Source: Balanoglossus misakiensis (lineage: Eukaryota; Animalia; Hemichordata). Taken from it: a stretch of 64,000 bases of DNA. Each line of letters begins with the position of its first letter. The stretch's first letter is position 1. Below, piece by piece: positions 17,868-29,000 of the stretch. Made by a program: the position numbers and the translations under genes. The stretch covers positions 741,530 through 805,529 of the forward strand of contig CM082586.2 of the NCBI GenBank assembly GCA_040954595.2. The letters run 5' to 3'. The notes under the pieces are model-generated. The model saw only the letters and a list, made by a program, of their open reading frames with translations. It did no database searches and had not been told where the DNA came from.

Positions 17868-19247
17868 TCAGCAACATCCGCCTCTCTTTCCATGTGAAGG
17901 CAATCGTTCAGTGTCTTTGTAACTTTCCCCGGAAGCCTTTGTGTTGGTGGTGGGAGTGAGGTCAACAACTCCTTTTGGAGTTTTTCTGCCTGCATTTGGG
18001 TCAATTGGGTTTCCTTCCTGGTCAAGTGGTAGGATTGTCTTAAAGATGTACGTGAAAACATTGTCTACATTTTCCCCTGTCACAGAACTGGTCTCGTAGA
18101 ACGGAATGCGCAGGTCAGTCTTCTTACCATCTTGGAAACGGGATGGATTTGCATCAAAAGCAAACTTTTCTCCTTCTTCATTTGTGACCTCTCGTTTATT
18201 TGGGGTCACAAGATCTAATTTTGTTCCCACGGCAATGACAAGACAGTCTTCTTCCGCACCTTGTAACAGTGGAAGATGTCTTGCATACAAACTGTCAAAC
18301 GACTCCCGTTCTGAAATATCATATGCCATAATGGCCGCACGTGCATTGCGACAATAAAATGAACTCAACCCAGAAAACTTTTCTTCTCCAGCAGTATCCT
18401 GCGGTAAGAAATGGAAAATTGACAATTAATTTCAAAGCAAAATGATTATTCTCATAAACAGCAAAACAGTTACAAAAAGTTGTTTCACAAAAAAAACTTG
18501 ACTGCAGACTTTTATAACCGACATTGTTCTTTATTTACACCTACCCATATCGCAATGTTATACGGTCCCCATTGTTTCAAGAAAAATGCAGCACCAATAG
18601 TTTGCTGGAGAGAAAAAAAAAACAAGTAACCATTAGTTTTTAAAAGTGAATTAAAAAATAATATTCATTGGTTCTGACCTCAAAAAGGAAATGAGTTGAA
18701 GCAGTGTGATATATGTACATTATTAGTATCATCCTCATTCGCATTCCCTTGGAATTCATTCAATACTTACACTTAAAGTTTCTTCAAATTTACCAGACAG
18801 ATATCGTTGTATAAGTGTTGATTTACCGACGCTGGAATCACCAATGATCACAACTTTGAGGTCACTGCAATGTCAATGATATGAACATAAAGTATTTTCA
18901 CACGGCACTGATAACAATCAGAAGTACGCCCCCTAGGTGCAGACCCGTGTGCGAAGAGGGAAAAAGTCTATGGAATCTGACCAATTTTTGTGTGCCCCTG
19001 TCACTAAGATAACATGATCTTCCCGGACCAAGGCTGTTACAGGTATGTACAAGTGAGTCTTATCTGTCTGGATGATATCCATGTATCTGCTATTTCTACG
19101 TCTACATATTAGACAACGCCTAACGATCGCGATGCGGAAATGGAAAAGTTTGTTGACATGATAATCAGCTGGTCGATTGTCGTCCATTGTAAACAAATGT
19201 TTAAACCTCACTTACGCTTTTTTCTTTTTCGATGCCGCTGAAGCCAT
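17868..19247 (-). CDS. RAB20: Ras-related GTPase Rab20, 4 exons
   Basis: Exons 19247-19216, 18864-18771, 18604-18545, 18398-17868; strong Kozak ACCGCCATGG. G1 GDSSVGKS; TIGAAFFLKQWGPYNIAIWDTAG resembles the Rab20-specific segment (human TVGGAFYLKQWRSYNISIWDTAG); FYCRNARAAI; G5 ETSS; C-terminal GGCC prenylation motif. Confidence 0.88.
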
Positions 19248-21476
19248 GGCGGTGGTCAAAATCTCTGAGAGTTTTACAGTAACGTCATATTTCAACACTG
19301 TCCGTATCACTTCTGATCGACTTCACGATGATTCACAGTCAGACCTACCTGGAGTGGTACAAACAATCACTTCCGTGATTTCTGCATATCGTCGTTGATG
19401 GCGTAGTTTGACTGACCTATGAGTTCGACAGGTCATATAAATCTGCATATTGCAAGCCTTGCACCTGTTGTTTGTCAGTAATTGCGCCAATCAGCTTCCA
19501 CATTGCGAAAGTGGATGTCGACGCCCTTGTATAAACCATAAATGGCTGATGATTAGGGTCTGTGGTCGCCATGTCTCTCTCAGTCTCACAATTTCTGCTT
19601 CTGGTCGGAGTCACCATTCAAGTTACCTGGTCTCCAAGTCACTATTTCTGTTATCGTGTGTACATTATCTGTTGTTGGACTTGTTCTGGCAGGCATCAGT
19701 CAACGTTAGCGGCGGATATTTCATGTAGCTGGGCCTACATGCTCCACGTGTGTGCAAGGACGGCTGCATCCCAACCAGGCAGCCAGTCTGGCAGACAGAT
19801 GGGTGTTTTTGATTTCCAGTTACCAGCAAGTAGACTTGTAGTCAGCGTCCGAGTTACCGGTCACAAGGCAATCACCGTGTCACCAAATAACAGGTATGCA
19901 TACTTGTTTTGTATTAATTCTGGGGACTGTTACGCTGTTTCTGTTGTGAGTTTACATTGTGTGTGTATGTTATGAGAGAGAGAGAGAAGGGCCGAATAGT
20001 TTATTATTTTATGAGATGCGCATGCGGCATGATGGGCACCATCTTATGCCGGAGAAACGGTTGCCAAGCGATAAAATCTCTAGTCACCTTGTTGATTACG
20101 CCTTTCAACAAGAAGATGTAAGTGAAAAAGTTGATAAATGATTGACGCAACCAATTTGAGAAAATACAGCTTCATGTAATCATCCTCAAAACAGCGCTTA
20201 AAGCAATTGAGCGAATAATTCAATCATTTTCGAACCATTAGCAAATCTGTCTAAGTCGATTGGGACTTTGGCCTGACGTCAACATCGTAGTGACCTGAAA
20301 TGACCTTTCGATTAGGGTACCCGAGGAAAATGCTGCCTCCCCAAATGTTCAAGCCCCCCCCCCCGGCCACCCATTCCTTCTGAGTGTATGCATGTTTTCC
20401 AGAGAACATGCAGGCTTCAAAGAATTCTTGCAACGTGAACTGCCAGTGCATACTGCGCATGTCTAGTTTCCCTATTCAGTTGTACCAACGAGAAATGTTT
20501 CACAAGTGCGCTGAGTAGGATGACACTCTGTTCCAAATTACGCTGTACTTTTATTGAATCTCAAAATCGTCACACTTCACTACAGAGCTATTATCCAGGT
20601 TCATTGAAGGAGATAGTTTTACACCTCTGAATCGGCGTTTAAGAACTTTTAATCACAGTCCGGATTAAATTTAGCAAGCGATTACGTAGATCATTAGACG
20701 CAATTTCGGATAACATGACGCCTATACTTTATCGGTTTTGCCGCCAATTGTCGCCTTCTTTGCAAACACGCAAATAGCACTTAAGGCTCTGTACATGGAT
20801 GAGGAATAAGTGTTAAGGTATTTACTGAGTAATTCCTGAAAGTATCTTTACGTGTTTGCTTGAGTGTCACTTGTATGGTTATTCTTATTTTTGAATCACT
20901 GTTTTATTTATTGTACACAAGAGGCAAGATACTATTAGTTATTTTACTGAAAATAGAATTGTTTCGTCGATCGATGACTAATATTACGTCATGCAATGTG
21001 ATACGCGTGTTTCTCAAACAAGTAGACTACCTAAGATTATATTGAAGTTACAATATGTCGAACGTTGAGAGCAATAGTTTGAACAGCAAGCGAATGTATA
21101 ACAGAAATCTTGGAAAGAAAACCCCAAAGGTTATCCAGGACGTCATGTATTTGTGCGCCAGTACTAAATTTGCAGAGGACAATTTGTGCGTATGTTGGCA
21201 AATCTCCTATCAGGAACATGCAGAGTAACTATGAACAAAGCAGACGCGATGAAAACAAGATTCCACACTATTACCATTGTCAGAATCAATTTTCTTCCAC
21301 AAAGAAGCCGATCGAAGCGACTTCAAAGATGATAGCTCACGGTTCATTAAATGGACGCTGATAATAAGATGGGGTGTATCACCTCGCTTTAGAAGTGAAG
21401 AAATATATTTTAGCATTGAACTCGGTATCGATACTGAATCGCAGCTGTCGTTACGAATTGTTCGAGAAAGAATGCA

Positions 21477-22907
21477 GGCCCGGGATATTGGAAGCTCAAT
21501 ACGAGTCTACTCAAGGATGACAACTATAGAAGAATAATAAACAACGTCATAACACAAGCCATAACAAATTATCAAAAACTTTATGATTATAGAAGTTTAT
21601 TAGATCTAATTAAGGTGAAAGTTAGAGAAGCAAGTATTAAATATGGAAGGGAAAAGGAAAAATATAAAAAAAAGAGACAAGCAATAATTCAAGAACAGCT
21701 AAAAGAAATTGAAGATAAATTACTTAGAGATAACAGGGGAAAGGAAGACCTAATAAACATTTATGAAGAAAAAAAGAGGGAACTAACTCAGCTATATGTA
21801 AATAAACTACGTGGGATTCAAATTAGATCCAGAGTGAAGTGGTACGAAGAAGGAGAAAGAAACAGTCGTTATTTCCTGGGACTAGAAAAGAAAAGATCTA
21901 GAGCAAAACATATAAACAGGTTGATGGTTAATGATAAGGTTATTACAAAGACAGATGAGATATTAGCAGAAGAAAAGGCTTTTTATGAAGATCTTTATAA
22001 ATCCAAGAGTGTTAATAACAGTAAAGTTAAAAAATACATAAATGACATTAAAATAGAGTCTAAGATCAAAGCAAGTGAGGCATTATTGTGTGATGGTAAA
22101 GTTTCTGAGGAGGAATGTCTAAAAGCCATGCGCAGAATGAAAAGCAACAAAACACCAGGACCAGATGGCATTCCTATAGAATTTTACAGAGTGTTTTGGA
22201 AAAATATAGGTAAGATAGCAGTAGACGCATTTAATGAAGGTTATAATAAAGGTACGCTAGCCAATTCTCAGTGTAATGGTATCATAACGTTAATACATAA
22301 AAAGGAGTGTAGGCTTAATCTAAAAAATTGGAGGCCCATATCGCTGCTCAATCATGATTACAAAATATTATCATGCGTGTTAGCTAATAGACTAAATCAG
22401 GTTATACCCAAGTTGATTAGTACTGACCAAGTGGGTTATATTAAAGGACGTTTTAGTGGCCAAAACGTTCGGCTTATTCAGGATATTATCGACTTCTCGG
22501 AGAAACGTAACAAGGGGGGAGCAATTTTGTTCCTTGACTTTTGTAAGGCATTTGATACTGTCGAACACAATTTTATGTTCTTAGCTCTGGAAAAATTTGG
22601 ATTAGGTCATTCTTTTATAACATGGATGAAAACTATCTATTCCAAGTGTAATAGTTCCATCATAAATAATGGTTGGATAACGCCACTTTTTAATCTACAA
22701 AGGGGTATTCGACAGGGATGTCCCCTGTCTGCGATTTTATTTTTAATAGTAGCAGAAATTCTTGCAACTGTAATTAGAAATGACGACGAAATAGAGGGTT
22801 TCAAAGTTAATAATTATAAAGTTAAGATCACACAATTAGGTGATGATATGCAGGTATACATAAGCAAAGAAAAATCTCTCATGCGTTTACTTAACTTGAT
22901 TGATGAG
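21477..22907 (+). mobile_element. Tx1/L1-clade non-LTR retrotransposon ORF2 internal fragment (linker plus reverse transcriptase up to the catalytic motif)
   Basis: The open frame starts GPGYWKLNTSLL upstream of the listed ORF. Motifs RSRVKWYEEGERNSRYF, KTPGPDGIP, NWRPISLLNHDYKIL, LDFCKAFD, RGIRQGCPLS, QLGDD. No endonuclease domain, C-terminus or poly-A tail. Confidence 0.93.
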
Positions 22908-24081
22908 TGCAGATTCCATTGTTGTATTCTGCTCACATGTCACCTATAAGAACATTACCGATAATTGAGATTAGACTAAAAATTGCAATTTTTTTGTATA
23001 GGAATTGTCATCTATGTCCATACCTGCATACACACGTGGCTTATATCCAATCCACTGCAATCTTGGTTCAAATTGAAATGACTATTGCATTAACTATAAT
23101 CCCAGGGTGAAAGACACACAAATTCCAAAGTAAATCATCAGAACTACTGCGACAATCGCAAAACCGCCTAATTCTAAGGGTTGTCATGGATATTAAACTG
23201 CTAATGCATTGGATTGTTGAAATAAGAATGCTAACTAGATGAATGTGTAACCAAGCATGAAATGGCAGATATTCCTTCGCGAGTATCTTCAACAGACTTC
23301 TCTGCTAATTTATATTACGGTTGGCGCTTTTGCTTAGTTTATAGTGAGTCGCATTTAAATCATGTAAAGGTTTGTGCAAATCACACAATGATATTTTGTA
23401 TTCTACGAAAACTATTTTTGGCCAGCATCGGCCTATATCTTTCGTGACTTTCCTTGGATAATTTCCTACTTTATTTTTATTTTCTTCTTTTGTCATTGTT
23501 TCGTGTTTTTTCTGGGGAAAACTCGGACATGATACTGTGCGTCACGAGACAGAGGGGCGGAGAGAGAGAGAGAGAGAGTGGGGAGGGGGGGGGAGGGAGA
23601 GAGCACTCCTGTCCGATGACAGACACAAGATGCGTGCGCAACTGATAGTTTTTGAATAAATTAAACTGTTTCACGAACATCCAGATAATAAGATGATGAT
23701 TGGCCATACTCTGTGAATGTGATGACTTGCCTTTGATGAATACATTATTCACAAGAGACGTGAGAAAATTTATCATTTGGAAGTGTTAAAGTTTCCACGC
23801 TGGATAAATATTTTGCCGTTGTCAGTGGATCTCGTTCCCTTGTGGTATCTTCTCCACAATTGAGAGGAAGGCGATCAAAGAATAACGAATCAGTCTCCTT
23901 TGATGAATCTGACCGAGTTGTTGCCATTCAACAAAATTGACGAAAAGAATCGTGGACAGATCAGTCTTCGTACGGAAATGATAACAGCCTTATGTTGCGC
24001 CTGTACACCTCGCTGCTTGTGATGGATGTATGCACGCACCGATTGTTTCTGATGGCGTACAAGAGATGAAGCACAGACAAT

Positions 24082-25041
24082 ATGTTGAACAGTGTACAAC
24101 CTACTTTTGTCGTTTTCTTGACTTTGGTGATAATCTGTGGAAACATTTTGAATCTACTTGTCATCAGGAAATGCAAAGATATCCCTTCTGTACCACGGTA
24201 TTTTATGTCGTCTTTGGCTGTGGCGGATCTTGGAATAGGCTTCATATCAATCTTCGCTATTTATCCATCTATCACTGGTGTTTGGCCGTATGGAGAGGTC
24301 GTCTGCTTCATCATCGGCGTCCACTCGCACACTTTCTGCTCCATTTCCATCGTTTCTTTGCTTTTTGTCAGCATTGACCGTTACATCTCCATCAACTGGC
24401 CTCTAGACTATCATCGCTATATCACAGACAGGAGAGCTATCGGTCTGATAATTACAGAATGGGTTGTCTTAGAAACATACGGGTATTTACTAGCGGTCAT
24501 ACAAGACTGGGATTTTTATCACTTTAATTCGGGCGCTTTGACTTGTGTTCCTGGCTATGGAAAACCCACTTATAGGGTTTTCACAATCGTTGGCTTGGTG
24601 AGTTTTATTATTGTACCAACTATCATCATCATGTATATTTACGTACGTATTATGCGAATCGTGCGCCGACACAAGTCTCAGATCTTGGAGCTCAACACTC
24701 CGAAGGACAGTGATCAAGTTGAAGTGAGAAAGAGAAGCAATGAGAATTTCAAAGCAGCCAAGATGTTATTCGCAGTTTCGGGAGCATTCGACATCGCCTG
24801 GTATCCGTACGGTATTTCGACTTTCTACCAAGCCGTATCGGGATCACCTGTGCCACAGTACGTCCACTTCATAACGACATGGTTGGTGTACTCTAACAGT
24901 TTCTGGAACGTGCTGATCTACACAATCATGAACAAGAAATTTCGAAGCACTGCTTGGCTGTTACTCAAGAGATCAACAAAATGTGGCGTTTCTCAGATCG
25001 AGCCGACAGAACGCCACTCCGACCAGGGATCGGTGTGTTGA
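24082..25041 (+). CDS. Intronless class A orphan GPCR, GPR21/GPR52-like
   Basis: Seven hydrophobic segments; GN (TM1), SLAVAD (TM2), WPYG..C, SIDRY, AWYPY, FITTWLVYSNSFWNVLIY. The TM7 lacks the NPxxY Pro, as in GPR21/52. Ser sits at 3.32 instead of the aminergic Asp. Confidence 0.85.
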   Translation: MLNSVQPTFVVFLTLVIICGNILNLLVIRKCKDIPSVPRYFMSSLAVADLGIGFISIFAIYPSITGVWPYGEVVCFIIGVHSHTFCSISIVSLLFVSIDRYISINWPLDYHRYITDRRAIGLIITEWVVLETYGYLLAVIQDWDFYHFNSGALTCVPGYGKPTYRVFTIVGLVSFIIVPTIIIMYIYVRIMRIVRRHKSQILELNTPKDSDQVEVRKRSNENFKAAKMLFAVSGAFDIAWYPYGISTFYQAVSGSPVPQYVHFITTWLVYSNSFWNVLIYTIMNKKFRSTAWLLLKRSTKCGVSQIEPTERHSDQGSVC

Positions 25042-25956
25042 CAGTTCAACCGCGCATTGCAAGAACTCATCTGTTTCGAACTGTTACTAAAATGCAAGTA
25101 ATTTTGTGTGCATCGTCGCATACAATACTTGAAACCTTACAAGATGTTTTCTTATCAAGGTTTCCTTCACACAGACTGACTTTCCAACTTTCTTCTTCCG
25201 AGCTGCGTATGATTGCTGCTAATCACTTCGGAATCATACATTGTATATGATTCGAGCTGAGCTCGTTAAAAAAAGATATAAATAAGGTTTCTTAAAATTA
25301 ACATCAGTAACTTGAGATTTTTCAAAATTCTCCGAACACGCTCCAAAGGTGTTAATGAACACTGTTATTGTATTTACTTACTTGCGCTATTATCACTGAA
25401 TGTGTTAATTTGTAAATAACCTTGACTTTTTACCATGCCGTATTTTAATTCGAAAAGAACCTTGACCGATTCTTCCGCGATGCTTCAATTGTCACAGCTT
25501 TTATCAAAACCTTTGGGAACACAAGATAATACTGTCTTCATCGGCTTTCATGATGAAATTTAATGACATGATAAAATGAGTTGTCAATAAACAGCGTTTT
25601 TTTCGGACAGGGTAGTGATTGTCATGTTGATTGACAACGCGGAATGTTGTCAATCTTGTGTCTATCTCGTCATGATTGATAGTGAAGTTGCATTGAATAC
25701 TAGTATACATGTACATGTGTTATGTGTGTGAGACATCTAGCGCGAATTGTAACCCCCCTCCCACTTGTGATTGCCCTTCCCTTAATTTGGCTTATGCCCT
25801 TTGTACATGCCACTGTAGCAGTCATTACTAAGTTTACCCATAGATGTTCACACAGGGTTCTACCAGCACCCGCATAGGGCCTGTCACCGGGGGGGGGGGG
25901 GGTCTTTTGGTTGTGTAATAATATGATCATGACGGAAATGCTTTAAAAGTATATGT

Positions 25957-26013
25957 GCATGTGAAACCATTGTTTGTTGTCATGACAAGTCACATGAGGT
26001 CACGTCATGTGAT
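25957..26013. promoter_or_regulatory. MITF/TFEB-type M-box cluster upstream of the SLC6 gene
   Basis: GTCACATGA (25989), TCATGTGA (26005) and CATGTGA (25958) lie 55-110 bp before the ATG at 26066. Confidence 0.45.
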
Positions 26014-26065
26014 CAATGTACCCGGTCAAAGAACTGATAAGTGATGAGACAGCAAAATCGCAACA

Positions 26066-29000
26066 ATGGAAGACACTAAAAGTCTCGAGAAAGAACCATT
26101 GCTGGACAGATCCAAGGTAACCCCTGATAGTCTATTGCAATGTCAAGTTTACGACGACTTGCTACACTGTCCTACTTCAGAATTTAAGGCTTACAGGTAT
26201 TTTTATCAATGACTAGTTGAGTTGCCATATCGGCTGACAGTTTGTCGCGGAAGTGCTACGTGATGGTACTTCTAAGCGTCCACATATTGGAACCTTTTCA
26301 TAAATTATAGACATTTATGTAAATTATTTATCTGTACAAACGTATAATTATCACTCAGGTTGTACATGGTTTAATGTGTTATGAGTGACGCAGCTGAGTG
26401 GACATATCATGCGCATACCGAGTAAACGTGAACAACACCCTTTGTCCTAAGCCACGTGAAAGGTCATTTGCGTCCTGCGGTTGCCTGTAACAGAATTTAG
26501 GGAGTGTCCAGATTTTACTTCAAGGGGGGGGGGGGGGGGGGCGGAGAATTTTCCAATTTTGGTGTAATATTTTATGGCCCCCTTAGACTTTTCCCCATTG
26601 GCCCTTGTGTATAAATAAATCTGTAAACGATCTATTTCAGGAAGATGAAGCGAAAGATGACGTCATAGTGCTGGAATCGCAACATGGGAGTTTCAAGTAC
26701 AGAATTAGCATGATACTGTCATGTATAGGCTGCATGGTCGGCACTGGCAATATCTGGAGATTTCCACGAATAGCAGCAAACAATGCTGGCGATGATGGTA
26801 AGTAAGAATGCGATCGTCTTATGCGCAATTTCGTGTGTACAAACATTCTACGTCCAATTCAAATGTTCTGCACGTTTAACGTTAGATGCTTTAATCGTAT
26901 TGTATTTTTTACCTGCAGGGGCTTTGCAATTCTTATTGGTGTGGGTCATGTTTTTATTCCTCTGGTCAATACCGATGATCCTTATAGAGTACGCCATTGG
27001 AAGATTTGTGAAGAAAACACATGTGCCTATTTACAGGGATCTTATTGGACCCAAAAGCATGTGGTGTGGTGGATGGATAGTTATCGTTGATCTTGGAATC
27101 ACGTAAGCATTACTATTAAATTGAACTGTGCATGTTGCATTGGTTCTATTTCAGATGTTGTCGACCAAATTTCTTTTTTTATATGCTAATAACTATCGCA
27201 TGCGCACTTGGGTGGCCAACCGAAGCCAACTTGTCAGCTCAATCCACGTGATCGAATACGTCATGAAAGATGTGTCAAAGCCAGCTGTCATTATCCAATC
27301 GATCGATAAGTGTGCGTGTCAGAGACAATAGAATAAAAAAGGAGAACGCGTATGAATTGACTAATTATTCACAGGCGAGAAATCCAGCTGTAATCTTCTG
27401 CCAAGTCGCGTACTTATACAACCTATCTTACCTCCACAGATGTTATTATACAGTCGTCTTGGGCTGGTGTTTTTATTATCTCTACTACACGGCTGCATAT
27501 CCTCTGCCTGAAGACGAAGATACTAGTCAACAAATATTTGACGAATTTGCCAAGGTGTTTATTACACTCAGATTATTCTATGGTCCAAGTCAACGTGTTC
27601 TATATTTTGATATTTTACAGGCACTGGACGAATTCATTTATTATTTCATTCAATAGGCGGGTGTTGTAAATAATATGCATACCAATCACGGTGCTTATTG
27701 TTACAAATTTTGCATTTTACTATTTCAGGAAAGTAACGTTCCCTTGGCAACACACGCGGTCGCCATAATCCTTGCGGGAATCACAGTATTATGGGGCGTG
27801 AAAAGCATAGAGATGTTCAACACTGTTGTAGTACCAATATTTCTCGCGATTATCCTGGCGACTTTTATTTGGTCCTGTACACTTCCTTATGCAGCAGACG
27901 GCATCAAGTTTCTGTTCACCCCGGATTGGAGTAAGTAATACGTGTATTCGTAAATTCAACTTCTAATCTAAAATAGCCAAAATCCAATCTTTATTTATAC
28001 GTAAATTTTACTGAATTATCACACTGATTCTTGTTTCATGGTACATCGTTTAACTGTAGCAAGGAACATTTGTTCTTAATTTTCATTGTTCGTAAAGCTC
28101 CACGTTTCACCAATACCATTTCATTGGTTCATTATTCAAGAATTCACCTTGCAACCAATTTGTTACATGCACATACGAAACCAACGCTCCATACCGAAGA
28201 TTGTTAGGTGGCATGTCGTAATGTAATTTCAGATGGCTTGGGTAATTCCAAGTTATGGATAGATGCTGCCAGTCAGAATGCGTGGGATACTGGAGCAGGG
28301 GCTGGTCTCTTTGTAGCCTATTCTGCCTATATGACAAGGAGACACGGGATTCTTAAAATGGCAACGGGCATCCCGCTGATAAACAACGTAGTCAGGTAAA
28401 CATGGTCTGTTTCAACTAAAATAAACACTGTTTATTCTTAGACTCACGCTAACATTTTCATTTCATTAATTCTCTGTTGCTATGACATCTAACATGCGCT
28501 GTGGTTTAATCTTAAAGGTAATAAGCTAAATCCGAATTAGAATTGGTCATTTCAAGTTCATTGTTGTTGTATTGTCATCATACATTTCGAAATTCAAACG
28601 GATCGTTGAACCAAATTTTATACACAAATTGTCGCAGAAATGATCAAATGAAGAATTCGACTTTCAGGTGAATTAGGCAATGCTCAATTGTGGGTGGATG
28701 CAGCCTCGCAGAATGCATGGGACACAGGGGCTGGTTTGGGTGTCTTTGTTGCCTACTCAGGCTACATGACTGCACGTAATGGAATCGTTCGATTCAGTTT
28801 TGTCATTCCTATCTGCAACAACATTGTCAGGTAAAACATTTTTCCTCCATGATTACGTTCATAAAAATTAAAAGTTGGCCGACTAACAGTAGTATCTTGC
28901 AACTATACTAACGCATATTACTAACAATGATAATTCTCCTTGTACAGAACATGTAACAGACATTTCATTAATTATTTATTTTTAGAATGTAATACTATAC

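Noticed and set aside
19417-21470. Short ORFs upstream of RAB20 (e.g. 19562-19975, 21110-21361)
   Set aside because: No recognisable motifs or consistent exon chain. A divergent non-coding transcript is possible (donor-like CAG|GTATGC at 19893) but unsupported.
21615-22949. Domesticated or functional reverse transcriptase gene
   Set aside because: The listed ORF starts at a GTG, is truncated shortly after the catalytic motif, and shows no splice signals or promoter. It is best explained as a TE fragment.
28233-28830. Duplicated SLC6 exon as an assembly artefact or dead pseudo-exon
   Set aside because: The copies are strongly diverged at synonymous sites with unrelated flanking introns, yet both keep length, frame and splice sites.
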